Shown in pieces: positions 1 to 8,800 of a DNA stretch of 64,000 nt. Both the position numbers and the translations under genes were made by a program. The DNA comes from Candidatus Daviesbacteria bacterium (GTDB lineage: Bacteria > Patescibacteriota > Microgenomatia > Daviesbacterales > UBA10151), in contig JAUYKM010000007.1 in NCBI GenBank assembly GCA_030699125.1, forward strand, positions 5,082-69,081. Reading direction: 5' to 3'. The number at the start of each line of letters is the position of its first letter. Position 1 is the stretch's first letter. A model generated the notes under the pieces. It did no database searches, was not told the origin of the DNA, and saw only the letters and a program-made list of their open reading frames with translations.

Positions 1-140
1 AACACTATTGTAACAACGATTACAATAGTAGTGAAGTTCTCGCAAGCTTTGCTTACTACTTGGCTACCAGGCCGTACACGTATCTTATCAGATTTAGGAT
101 CAAGACAAAAGCCTAATTAGATGTTAAAATATCAACGTTT

Positions 141-215
141 GGGCGGTTAGCTCAGCGGTAGAGCACTTATCTGATAAGTAAGGGGTGAATGGTTCGACAC
201 CATTACCGCCCACCA
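141..215 (+). tRNA. tRNA-Ile(GAT)
   Basis: Cloverleaf: GGGCGGT/ACCGCCC acceptor stem, CTTAT-ctGATaa-GTAAG anticodon arm, GGTTCGA T-loop, encoded CCA. Confidence 0.95.
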
Positions 216-230
216 AATTTTCTTGTGATC

Positions 231-283
231 CTTATGGATCTAAAGTAAGGGGTCCAAGGTATCAATCCCAAGCGCGCCCACCA
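231..283 (+). pseudogene. Degenerate copy of the 3' half of the adjacent tRNA-Ile
   Basis: CTTAT..AAGTAAGGGGT..CGCCCACCA aligns with 166-215, but the anticodon loop and T-arm are broken and there is no 5' half. Confidence 0.6.
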
Positions 284-328
284 TCAAAAGTGGTAAAAAC
301 TTTTTTGACAGTTAGTTATAATTAAATT

Positions 329-904
329 ATGACTATAGTTGAAGGAGAAGTAGTCGGGTTGTACTTTAAATCAGTAGATTCTGATGAAATCACTACGGGC
401 AATTTCCTTACTTTTGACAAACCAGGTATCTTCGGGAGTGGCGGAAGGATGGATGTAAGGGCAAGTCATTTTTTTCCAACACGTTTGGAAGATTTCAATC
501 CACTTCGCTTCATTGATAGAAGAAGTACTACTCAATGGTGTGCAGTTTCATTTGAAGAGCTTGAAAGACTTGCTCAGGTAAAAGATTTTCGTAACACATT
601 AGAACTGATACCCCATTTGAGGGTTTTCATAAAAGAAAGAAGAATAGAGGCAGGAATTAATGTCTGTATTAAAGGTATGTCAGGCTTAACAGAATTACCA
701 AGAGGAACCAGACTTACTTTCTCTAATGAGAGGTTTTCAAATGACCAGATTCCCGGTCCGGTGATATTAGGTGTTGAGGAACATGAAGAAATTCTGCTTG
801 ATGGAGAAGAAGTATTAAGAGGTATTGCAGGTGTAGTTCACCAGACAGGAAAGATTGCTATAGGGGCAAAAGTTACGGCGGAAATACCTGTGCTCTCCGC
901 CTAA
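329..904 (+). CDS. Hypothetical protein, possibly a divergent MOSC-domain protein
   Basis: N-terminal GEVVGL, GxNxxxxG..L.xG..L.F and C-terminal RGIAGVVHQTGKIAIG resemble the MOSC barrel. Confidence 0.45.
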   Translation: MTIVEGEVVGLYFKSVDSDEITTGNFLTFDKPGIFGSGGRMDVRASHFFPTRLEDFNPLRFIDRRSTTQWCAVSFEELERLAQVKDFRNTLELIPHLRVFIKERRIEAGINVCIKGMSGLTELPRGTRLTFSNERFSNDQIPGPVILGVEEHEEILLDGEEVLRGIAGVVHQTGKIAIGAKVTAEIPVLSA

Positions 905-909
905 TCCTA

Positions 910-2559
910 ATGAAATCAAACTTAATAGTATTTATATCACTCATTTTGATCTCCATCCCTGCAATCAAAGACCTGTTTATTTCGGGAGGTTTTACTTCTC
1001 ATGATTTAACCCATCATGTGATCCGCCAGATTTCCATGGATAAGCTTTTATCAGAAGGACAATTTCCACCCAGATGGTCAGGGGAATTAAATAATGGGTA
1101 TGGTTATCCGGTTTTTCTATTTAACTATCCGCTGCCAGCCATGGTGGGCGAAATTTCTCATAAGATGGGCCTGGGATATGTGGATTCTGTTAAGGCTGTG
1201 CTTTTTGCCTCCATGATTGGATCAGTTTTGGGAATGTATCTGTTTTTAAATGCACTTCTAGGATCAAAACCATCTGCTTTTTTGGGGGCAATATTTTATC
1301 TTTATGCCCCCTTAAGATTTCTAACTGTTTATGTTTCATCAGCAGTAGGTTCTGCTTTGGCTCTGGGGATTTTACCTTTTGTTTTTTGGAGTTTAGTGGA
1401 GATTTCAAAAGGCAAAAAGTGGGCAAGTTTGGTGGGGGGAGTTAGTCTGGCAGGATTGATCCTTGCCCATAATGTGACAGCCTTAATTTTTGCTCCGGTT
1501 ATCTTGGCCTCTGCTTGGGGGATTGGGGGGATTAGGAAGATTAGGGGGATTGGGATGATGTTTTTTTTGGGATTGGGATTATCTGCCTGGTTTTGGCTAC
1601 CGGCTTTATTTGAGGCTCAATATACTAGATTTGGAGAAGTCTTTGGCAAATTCTACCAGGATCAGTTTCCCTCCCTTTGGCAATTGATCCGTTCTCCCTG
1701 GGGATATGGATTGTCTCATCCTCAAAATCCTGAGAGTGGGGATATGTCCTATCAGCTAGGATTGATTCATATAGGAGTGATGCTGATTCTAGTTGGATTA
1801 GTTTGGGTGATGAAGAGAATAAGGGAGATTAGGGAGATAGGGGGATTTGCTTTGGCTCTGTTTGGGTTAAGTGTTTTTCTAATGCTAAAAATTAGTTTGC
1901 CTCTTTGGGAAAATATCCCATTTCTTTCCATGGTGCAATTTCCTCTAAGGTTTCAGGCCTGGTCTGTTTTCGCAGCCTCTATTGCAGCTGCCCTATTAGT
2001 TAAATATTTACCATTTAAAAAGTTATTAGTCTTAAGTCTTTTGTTTTTAGTCATTTATGCCAATAGAAATCATTGGCATATCAATGAAGTTTTTGCTCCG
2101 GGAGAAAATTATTATTTAAATCTTAAAACAACCTCTACCTCATATGGGGAACATTTGCCTAAGTGGGGGAAGATTATGGATCAGCCTGCAGTAGGAAAGC
2201 TGGAATTTATAAAGGGCCAAGGTGACATTGGCATAATTATGAATAAATCAGATGAAATCGTGGCTGAAGTAGCGGTTGATAGCGGGGGTAAATTGAGGTT
2301 AAATCAAACCTATTTTCCCGGCTGGAATATAGAAATTGACGGACAAAAAACAAATTTTGACTATTTATCTAACCCCGATTTAATCGGGACTGATGGAGAA
2401 AGTTATGGATTGATGACTTTTGATATAGAGGAGGGGATTCATCTAGTCAGGGCCCAATTTAAAAATACCCCTGTCAGGAATTTGGCTGATGGAATAAGTC
2501 TAATCAGTGTGATAGTGTTTTTGTATGCAGGTTATAACAAAAGATTTTATAAAAAGTAA
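910..2559 (+). CDS. Polytopic membrane protein, 6-pyruvoyl-tetrahydropterin synthase-related / YfhO-like (GT-C type)
   Basis: HD..HH, PPRW...NNGYGYPVFLFNYPLP motif, many TM segments, C-terminal YFPGW. Confidence 0.8.
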   Translation: MKSNLIVFISLILISIPAIKDLFISGGFTSHDLTHHVIRQISMDKLLSEGQFPPRWSGELNNGYGYPVFLFNYPLPAMVGEISHKMGLGYVDSVKAVLFASMIGSVLGMYLFLNALLGSKPSAFLGAIFYLYAPLRFLTVYVSSAVGSALALGILPFVFWSLVEISKGKKWASLVGGVSLAGLILAHNVTALIFAPVILASAWGIGGIRKIRGIGMMFFLGLGLSAWFWLPALFEAQYTRFGEVFGKFYQDQFPSLWQLIRSPWGYGLSHPQNPESGDMSYQLGLIHIGVMLILVGLVWVMKRIREIREIGGFALALFGLSVFLMLKISLPLWENIPFLSMVQFPLRFQAWSVFAASIAAALLVKYLPFKKLLVLSLLFLVIYANRNHWHINEVFAPGENYYLNLKTTSTSYGEHLPKWGKIMDQPAVGKLEFIKGQGDIGIIMNKSDEIVAEVAVDSGGKLRLNQTYFPGWNIEIDGQKTNFDYLSNPDLIGTDGESYGLMTFDIEEGIHLVRAQFKNTPVRNLADGISLISVIVFLYAGYNKRFYKK

Positions 2560-3496
2560 AAGAGTTTTGCTTCGGGTAGATATTGACGTACCTTTAGAAA
2601 AGGGGAAAGTTATAGAAGATTTTAGATTAAAGGCCCTTCTGCCCACTCTGAGAATATGTCTTGAAAATGCCAGCAGAGTGATAATGATAGGCCATATTGG
2701 TAGACCTCAAGGTAAAGTAGTGGAAGAATTAAGGGTAAGTCTTGTTGTGGATTGGTTAAAAAGCCAGGGATATGAGAGGGTTTTAGGGAGCGGAAAGTTG
2801 AAAGTCTTAGAAAATTTAAGATTTGACCGGCGAGAGGACAGTTTAGATGAGAGTTTTGCCAAAGAATTAGCCTTAAAAGGGGATGTTTTTGTCAATGAAG
2901 CTTTTGCAGCATATCACCAAGCAGTATCTACCACAGTTTTGCCAACTCTTTTGCCTCATGCAGCCGGATTACACTTTGCCAAGGAAGTCAAGGTGTTAAC
3001 TGGCGTCAGAAATAATCCCAAAAAGCCGTTTGTAGTTATTATGGGGGGAGTAAAAGTAAAAGATAAACTTCCTGTAATTGAAGTTTTATCCAAAAAAGCT
3101 GATGCAGTATTGATAGGAGGAAAACTAATTCATGAAATTAAAGAGCAAAATGTGATTTTGTCTCATAATGTGATGGTGGGGAAGTTAAATGAGGATGGGT
3201 TTGATATTTCCTCAGATACTACCGAGTCCTGGAGAAATTTAATAATTGGAGCTGCACAGATTATCTGGAATGGACCAATGGGCAAATTTGAGGATCCTAA
3301 AAATGATCAAACCAAAAAAGTTGCAGAGATTGTGGTGGAATCCGGGGCAGAAACTATTGTTGGTGGGGGAGATATTATTGCTGCGCTAAATCAGGCTGGA
3401 CTTTTAAATAAAATCTCTTTTGTCTCAGTTGGTGGCGGAGCCATGCTAAAATTTTTAGCAGATGGGACCTTGCCAACCATTAAGGCTTTGTCGTAA
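2525..3496 (+). CDS. pgk: Phosphoglycerate kinase (compact form)
   Basis: RVDIDVP, HIGRP, LENLRF, WNGPMG, VGGGD, SVGGGA motifs; adjacent to gap. Confidence 0.95.
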   Translation: MQVITKDFIKSKRVLLRVDIDVPLEKGKVIEDFRLKALLPTLRICLENASRVIMIGHIGRPQGKVVEELRVSLVVDWLKSQGYERVLGSGKLKVLENLRFDRREDSLDESFAKELALKGDVFVNEAFAAYHQAVSTTVLPTLLPHAAGLHFAKEVKVLTGVRNNPKKPFVVIMGGVKVKDKLPVIEVLSKKADAVLIGGKLIHEIKEQNVILSHNVMVGKLNEDGFDISSDTTESWRNLIIGAAQIIWNGPMGKFEDPKNDQTKKVAEIVVESGAETIVGGGDIIAALNQAGLLNKISFVSVGGGAMLKFLADGTLPTIKALS

Positions 3497-3505
3497 TATC
3501 AAAGT

Positions 3506-4522
3506 ATGTTGAAAGTTGCCATTAATGGCTTTGGCAGAATAGGCAGGACTGCTTTTAAGATAGCTTTAGATAAATTTTCCGATCAATTGGAGATTGTGGC
3601 CATAAATGATTTGGGGGATGCTAAAACACTCTCTCATTTACTTAAATATGATTCCAATTATGGTATTTGGAATCATGATATATCAAATGATGAAAAACAT
3701 ATCATAGTAGATCAAAAGCCCTATTTAGTATTACAGGAAAAAGATCCCCAGAACCTGCCATGGAAAGATCTAAACGTGGATGTAGTGATTGAATCAACTG
3801 GCAGGTTCACTGATCAAAAGGGTTCAAAACTGCATCTTCAAGCAGGAGCTAAAAAAGTGGTCATATCTGCTCCGGCCAAAGGGGATGGTAGTTCTGTTCC
3901 CACACTTCTTTTAGGAGTAAATGATGAGAAATATTCCGGTGACGAGATTATTTCCAATTCATCCTGTACTACCAATTGTATTGCTCCTGTTGCCAAAGTA
4001 ATGAGTGATAAATTCGGTATTTTAAAGGCCATGATGACTACTATCCACGCCTATACTCAGGATCAAAACTTGCAGGATGGTCCACATAAAGATTTAAGAA
4101 GAGCCAGAAGCGCTTCACAAAATATAGTCCCCACCTCAACAGGGGCTGCCATCTCCATTACAGAGGTTATTCCTGAACTTAAAGGAAAATTTGATGGGAC
4201 TTCTTTAAGAGTGCCTGTGGCAGTTGGTTCTATCTCTGATTTTACCTTTCTTTTAAAAAGAAAGGTGACTGTGGAGGAAGTTAATCAATCTTTCAAAGAA
4301 GCTGCAGATAGTTCTGAGATGAAAGGAATCTTGGCTGTCACCGAAGATCCTGTTGTTTCATCTGATATAGTAGGCCGTCCAGAATCAGCCATAGTGGATT
4401 TGAGTCTGACTCAAGTAGTGGATGGGGATATGGTCAAAGTCTTTGCCTGGTATGATAATGAATATGGTTATTCTAATAGATTAATTGAACAGGTAATAAA
4501 TGTAGGTAAAGCTAGCGACTAG
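3506..4522 (+). CDS. gap: Type I glyceraldehyde-3-phosphate dehydrogenase
   Basis: INGFGRIGR, SCTTNC, WYDNEYGY motifs. Confidence 0.98.
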   Translation: MLKVAINGFGRIGRTAFKIALDKFSDQLEIVAINDLGDAKTLSHLLKYDSNYGIWNHDISNDEKHIIVDQKPYLVLQEKDPQNLPWKDLNVDVVIESTGRFTDQKGSKLHLQAGAKKVVISAPAKGDGSSVPTLLLGVNDEKYSGDEIISNSSCTTNCIAPVAKVMSDKFGILKAMMTTIHAYTQDQNLQDGPHKDLRRARSASQNIVPTSTGAAISITEVIPELKGKFDGTSLRVPVAVGSISDFTFLLKRKVTVEEVNQSFKEAADSSEMKGILAVTEDPVVSSDIVGRPESAIVDLSLTQVVDGDMVKVFAWYDNEYGYSNRLIEQVINVGKASD

Positions 4523-4559
4523 TTGACATTTTCTATTTTAAAATGAGACAATTATCACG

Positions 4560-5165
4560 ATGAGTGCAGAAAGACGTCATGTACCATTTAGAATAGCTGT
4601 AGTTGCAGCACTTGGTTTAGGAGCTGGAAGTTTAGGAACTCTAGCACTACAGAGATCTTTCCAAGAATCTCAACATACTGAGACACAAGCTCAATTTGCT
4701 AAACTTTTGTCAGTAAATGTAGGAGAAGCTAGATCAATCAGTGAATTTTCAGAAGTTTTTGATACTGTCTTTTCGCATTTAGAGAATGGAGGTTTAAGTG
4801 TCCGTTTACCAGATCATCCGCGCTCACTTACTAGTAATACTATTGAGGTAGTTTTTCAAAATGGAGGAATGGTAGATAGATCTTTAGTGACTGAATATAA
4901 ATTGATAAAAGATAGACTGGGACACTCAATCTTACGCCGTCTTCAGGTAACCACTAGAGATTTCGATACTATACATACGAAAGATTATTACCAGTGGTAC
5001 GATAATCAACCAAGCAGTCCCAATACAATGGATATGCAAGAACAAGGTTGGAGGCAACTGACTAGATCATTTACAGAAGAATTTAATACATTTGTAGAAG
5101 AATATAATAAAGATGTAGATCAAAGAGCGGATTATGATTTACATCCGGAGAAGCGTAAAGGTTAA
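4560..5165 (+). CDS. Hypothetical protein with N-terminal signal/anchor
   Basis: 201-aa ORF with one hydrophobic N-terminal segment; TTGACA..GACAAT promoter-like site just upstream. Confidence 0.7.
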   Translation: MSAERRHVPFRIAVVAALGLGAGSLGTLALQRSFQESQHTETQAQFAKLLSVNVGEARSISEFSEVFDTVFSHLENGGLSVRLPDHPRSLTSNTIEVVFQNGGMVDRSLVTEYKLIKDRLGHSILRRLQVTTRDFDTIHTKDYYQWYDNQPSSPNTMDMQEQGWRQLTRSFTEEFNTFVEEYNKDVDQRADYDLHPEKRKG

Positions 5166-5188
5166 TAGGTATTCCCCAAGAGTGCCAG

Positions 5189-5205
5189 GCTAAATTTATC
5201 CCATT
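5189..5205 (+). repeat. 17-bp direct repeat, copy 1 (GCTAAATTTATCCCATT)
   Basis: Identical to 6312-6328; each copy precedes a TA promoter. Confidence 0.85.
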
Positions 5206-5214
5206 TTCATATCT

Positions 5215-5243
5215 TGACAAGACGTACGTAAAAGCGTACGCTA
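5215..5243 (+). promoter_or_regulatory. Sigma70-type promoter of TA1 with operator palindromes
   Basis: TTGACA-17 nt-TACGCT overlapping the ACGTACGT and AGCGTACGCT palindromes, the usual arrangement for antitoxin autorepression. Confidence 0.7.
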
Positions 5244-5251
5244 CACATAAT

Positions 5252-5572
5252 ATGACTACAATTTCTGCAAGCACAGCCAGAGCTAATTTATATGACTTGA
5301 TCGATCAAGTTGCCTTGTCCGGTAAAAGGGTAGGTATTACCAAAAAGGGAGAATCAAAGGTTGTATTAATAAGCCAAGATGATTTAGATTCTCTCGAAGC
5401 CACTTTAGATGTCATGTCTGATCCAGAACTTATGGAAGCAATCCGTCAAGGTGACGAGGATATTAAAGCAGGAAGAGTACGTGACTGGGAAGATATAAAA
5501 AAGGAACTAGGGTTAGATTCTAAAACTGATGTATCAAGTCAAACTAAACAATCACGCAGAAAAAGATCTTAA
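5252..5572 (+). CDS. Phd/YefM family antitoxin
   Basis: ISASTARANL..LIDQV..ITKKG..VLIS..LEATL pattern. Confidence 0.9.
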   Translation: MTTISASTARANLYDLIDQVALSGKRVGITKKGESKVVLISQDDLDSLEATLDVMSDPELMEAIRQGDEDIKAGRVRDWEDIKKELGLDSKTDVSSQTKQSRRKRS

Positions 5573-5780
5573 AAAATTAAGCACTCTTTATAAGCAAAAG
5601 GTAGTTAAGTCTCTTAATTTACTAGCTACAAATCCATTTCTGGGGGATAAGATGAGCGGTGAGTTTATTGGGTCTTACAGAATAAAAATTCCTCCTATTA
5701 GAATTATTTACCAAATAGATCATCAAAATAAACTTGTCCAGGTTAGAGCTATTGGCCACAGACAAGGGGTCTATAAATAG
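5529..5780 (+). CDS. RelE/ParE family toxin
   Basis: 83 aa; YQV..AEKDLKKL, YRIK..RIIY..IGHR..VY; overlaps the antitoxin. Confidence 0.9.
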   Translation: MYQVKLNNHAEKDLKKLSTLYKQKVVKSLNLLATNPFLGDKMSGEFIGSYRIKIPPIRIIYQIDHQNKLVQVRAIGHRQGVYK

Positions 5781-5941
5781 TTAAAGTCTTTGCCTGGTAT
5801 ATAATTAACCTAAATATTGTAATGGAATTTACTAGAAGAAGTTGGTTAATCATATTTTCTCGCTTCACGCTCGAAAATGATAATGAGTATGGATATTCCA
5901 ACAGACTAATAGAACAAGTTATTAATGTTGGAAAAGCTTGA
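5780..5941 (+). pseudogene. Orphan duplicate of the gap 3' end, split by a 78-nt insert
   Basis: 5780-5800 encodes VKVFAWY and 5879-5941 encodes DNEYGYSNRLIEQVINVGKA-stop, matching gap 4433-4513. Confidence 0.9.
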
Positions 5942-5958
5942 TCCCGAATAAAAATTAG

Positions 5959-6312
5959 ATGAATCAACATTTAAACTTCTGGAAGAAAGTTCTAGCTATA
6001 TATTTTGCGGAAGTTTTAATCCTTCTTTTACTCTCCTTACTTTTATTATCCGGGATTTTAGGAGAACCTGGAAGAATATTATTATTGACTATTATATTCG
6101 GGTTTATTGGACTCTGGTATAGGGATATTTCTGCTTTACTTGGTATTACCCCCTTTATCTTAAATGGCATTTTTGGCCTTAAATTATCTAGCGATATGAG
6201 TATTATATGGAGAGTTTTATATACTCTTTTTCTCGGTTTAATTATATGGCCTCTGGTATTACTTACCTTCATTTTAGTAGGGAAACAATTAGGATTACTC
6301 CACAGTTACTAG
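5959..6312 (+). CDS. Small membrane protein
   Basis: 117 aa, 3-4 hydrophobic segments. Confidence 0.7.
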   Translation: MNQHLNFWKKVLAIYFAEVLILLLLSLLLLSGILGEPGRILLLTIIFGFIGLWYRDISALLGITPFILNGIFGLKLSSDMSIIWRVLYTLFLGLIIWPLVLLTFILVGKQLGLLHSY

Positions 6313-6328
6313 CTAAATTTATCCCATT
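6312..6328 (+). repeat. 17-bp direct repeat, copy 2
   Basis: Identical to 5189-5205; followed by TTGACT and the CTGTACAG / ACAGAATTCTGT palindromes. Confidence 0.85.
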
Positions 6329-6434
6329 GACTATCTGTACAGAATTCTGTAATATCATATTGCCCTTGTCAAAAATTGTCATTTAGACAATTTTTGCAAG
6401 CGATCTCGTGCCAAAGAAAAGGGGGGCGCTCCGA

Positions 6435-6707
6435 TTGATAAAAACTTTACCTATTACTGAAGCAAGAGCTAATTTAACAACCCTTGTTAATAGAGCCAAA
6501 AAGAGACTTGATGAATATATAATAACTGTTAATGGCAGGGCTGCAGTTGTTATTATGTCTGCAGATGAATATGAAGGCTGGAAAGAAACCAACGAGATTT
6601 TAGCAGATAAGAAGCTAATGAAAGATATTAAACAAAGTGAGAAAGAGATTGCTGAAGGTAAATGGAAAGATTGGGAAGATGTTAGAAAAGAATTAGGTTG
6701 GAAATGA
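6435..6707 (+). CDS. Phd/YefM family antitoxin (TTG start chosen; ORF is open from 6408)
   Basis: TLPITEARANL..ITVNGRAAVVIMS..WKET.EIL; purine-rich SD before TTG 6435. Confidence 0.9.
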   Translation: MIKTLPITEARANLTTLVNRAKKRLDEYIITVNGRAAVVIMSADEYEGWKETNEILADKKLMKDIKQSEKEIAEGKWKDWEDVRKELGWK

Positions 6708-6710
6708 TAG

Positions 6711-6962
6711 ATGTACCGCCTCATTATATCTCCTAGAGCACAAAAGCATTTCAAAGATATTAAAAAAGAGAATCAAGAAGCAGTTAGAATGGCTATTGAA
6801 GATATCAAAGAAGATCCTTTAATAGGTAAACCATTATCTCGTGAGCTGACAGAAAAATTTTCCTATAGAATAGGAGTTTATAGAATATTATATAAAGTTA
6901 ACCAACAAGATAAAATAGTAACTATTTTATCGGCTCGGCACAGAGGTATTGCTTATAATTAA
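6711..6962 (+). CDS. RelE/ParE family toxin
   Basis: P.IGKPL, YRIGVYRILY, HR..AY motifs; downstream of the antitoxin. Confidence 0.9.
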   Translation: MYRLIISPRAQKHFKDIKKENQEAVRMAIEDIKEDPLIGKPLSRELTEKFSYRIGVYRILYKVNQQDKIVTILSARHRGIAYN

Positions 6963-7033
6963 GTCCAAGTTCCTACCTGTAAGTTCTTCCACCCATTTTT
7001 TAAGAAAATGTTACACTATTACTAGAAAATCTT

Positions 7034-7603
7034 TTGATGAAAGATAAACTGCTCTTGGTAATTATTTTAATAACAGTATTTTTTCTGCTCATAGCAGTAG
7101 GGATAGCCATCTATATTTTCTATAATCCAACATACGATCAGAGCAAGCTAAGATTTATTAAAAATTTACCAATTGCCAGTCGGTTTTTCTCAAGAAATGT
7201 CATGTTTTTATCTACTTCAGGAACAGAATATCAAATTGGAGATGAGATCCCTGTTCGGATTTTAGTAAAGGTAGGTGATTCATCAAATCTATTTGTTACC
7301 AAGATTAAATTTGACAATCAAATATTAGATATGACCAGAATAGATACAGAAGAGACTTTTATAAAATTGTGGGTAGAAAGATATATTGGTGAGGATGAAA
7401 TCTCGTTGGTGGGAGGTGTAGTGAATCCAGGATATGTCACTAAAGCTGAAGGAGAATTGATGGCAACTGTCTATTTTAAAGCTATATCTTTGGGCAAGCC
7501 TAGGGTAATTCTTGATAATAAATCTGCTATCTTTAGGAACGCTGATAATGTTAATATATTGGAGGCACAGGAAAGTTTAACTCTAATAGTTACTGGAAAA
7601 TGA
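7034..7603 (+). CDS. Membrane-anchored cohesin-like domain protein
   Basis: N-terminal TM; IGDEIPV..IKFD..L..MATVYFKA pattern; paralogous to the next gene. Confidence 0.7.
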   Translation: MMKDKLLLVIILITVFFLLIAVGIAIYIFYNPTYDQSKLRFIKNLPIASRFFSRNVMFLSTSGTEYQIGDEIPVRILVKVGDSSNLFVTKIKFDNQILDMTRIDTEETFIKLWVERYIGEDEISLVGGVVNPGYVTKAEGELMATVYFKAISLGKPRVILDNKSAIFRNADNVNILEAQESLTLIVTGK

Positions 7604-8490
7604 AGAATTTATTAGATCGCTATTTCGTAAATTTTGTAAATATTGATAAAAGACTAAAAATAACCATCTTACTTTCTGCTTTGGGATTGGTGATTTTTCT
7701 CATTATTGTTCTAACTGCCCCTTTTGGTGATGAAATTTTTTCCCGTCTTTATCCAAAGCCATTTTCCAGAGCTCTGTCTGAACCAATTACTCCTAAATCT
7801 TCTTACGAACTTATTACCTCTGCTGACTCCTATGAAATAGGGGATCTAATACCAGTAGAGATCGTTGTCCACTCAGATTTAGAAGCAGCCAATCTTTTTA
7901 AAGCTAAAATAAATTTTGATCCAACACTTTTATCTTTTGAGAGTATTGCTTCTACCTCAGCTTTTATTAACAATTGGGCAGAGCAGTATGGAGATAATAG
8001 CTTGGGAGAAGTATCTTTGGTAGGAGGAGTCCCTAATCCGGGTTTTCTGTCTCTTGTCGATGATAATCCGGTGATGACAACTGTTTATTTTAGAGTTTTA
8101 AATGAAGGTACTGTTAATCTAACTTTTGATTTACAAACTACTATGTATAGAAATTCCGACAACGCTCCTATTCAAGTTTCTGCCAATGGTAAAGGAATAG
8201 GTTTGTCCAGGAAAAAGACTCCCACACCATCTCCGACAGCCTCACCTATACCCACCGCAACTCCCATTCCAACATCCAGTCCCACTGCTTCACCGACACC
8301 TAAAGCAGGGGATGGTAATAATGATGGGATAATAGATTTAGTAGATCTGTCCATACTTTTTTCTGATTTCAATAAAACCTCTGGTTTTAGAGAGGCAATT
8401 GATTTAAATAGTGATGGAATCATCAATACTTTTGACTTTTCCTTTATGAGGCTTAAATTAATTGAGGAAGGTGTGATAAGAGAGAGTTGA
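7600..8490 (+). CDS. Membrane-anchored cohesin + Pro/Thr linker + dockerin type I protein
   Basis: Cohesin-like domain, (TP)n linker, paired Ca-binding loops GDGNNDGIIDLVD / DLNSDGIINTFD. Confidence 0.8.
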   Translation: MKNLLDRYFVNFVNIDKRLKITILLSALGLVIFLIIVLTAPFGDEIFSRLYPKPFSRALSEPITPKSSYELITSADSYEIGDLIPVEIVVHSDLEAANLFKAKINFDPTLLSFESIASTSAFINNWAEQYGDNSLGEVSLVGGVPNPGFLSLVDDNPVMTTVYFRVLNEGTVNLTFDLQTTMYRNSDNAPIQVSANGKGIGLSRKKTPTPSPTASPIPTATPIPTSSPTASPTPKAGDGNNDGIIDLVDLSILFSDFNKTSGFREAIDLNSDGIINTFDFSFMRLKLIEEGVIRES

Positions 8491-8515
8491 CAAGCATTTA
8501 ATACTCTGCTAAACT
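8487..8515 (+). promoter_or_regulatory. Promoter for the tRNA-Ala-23S-5S unit
   Basis: TTGACA-17 nt-TAAACT with an extended TGn -10. Confidence 0.7.
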
Positions 8516-8700
8516 TATTTTCAGTGATAATTTCACAAATAATGAGAAGCAACGCAACCATAACTTAACCCTTTCGCGCTAAGGTCTTCCAAGGTGCGGA
8601 AGATTAAGCCTTAGCGTTGTATCCCTCACAAAACAATTTACAATTTTTAATTTTTCAATTTTCAATGATTTGATTGAGGATTGAAAACTGGATCTGAGAT

Positions 8701-8773
8701 GGGCCCGTAGTTCAGCTGGTAGAACATCTCATTTGCAATGAGAAGGTAAGCGGTTCGAGCCCGCTCGGGTCCA
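8701..8773 (+). tRNA. tRNA-Ala(TGC)
   Basis: Cloverleaf, TCTCA-ttTGCaa-TGAGA anticodon arm, G3:U70 pair; CCA not encoded. Confidence 0.95.
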
Positions 8774-8774
8774 C

Positions 8775-8800
8775 TTTGCACCTTGAAATGTGAATACGTA
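8775..8800 (+). promoter_or_regulatory. 5' arm of the 23S processing stem (pairs with 13297-13322)
   Basis: TTTGCACCTTGAAATGTGAATACGTA is nearly the reverse complement of TACGTATTCACATTTCAGAGTGTAAA. Confidence 0.8.

Noticed and set aside
84-93. CTTATCAGAT complementary to the tRNA-Ile anticodon region (169-178)
   Set aside because: Only 10 nt in AT-rich DNA with no supporting structure; chance cannot be excluded
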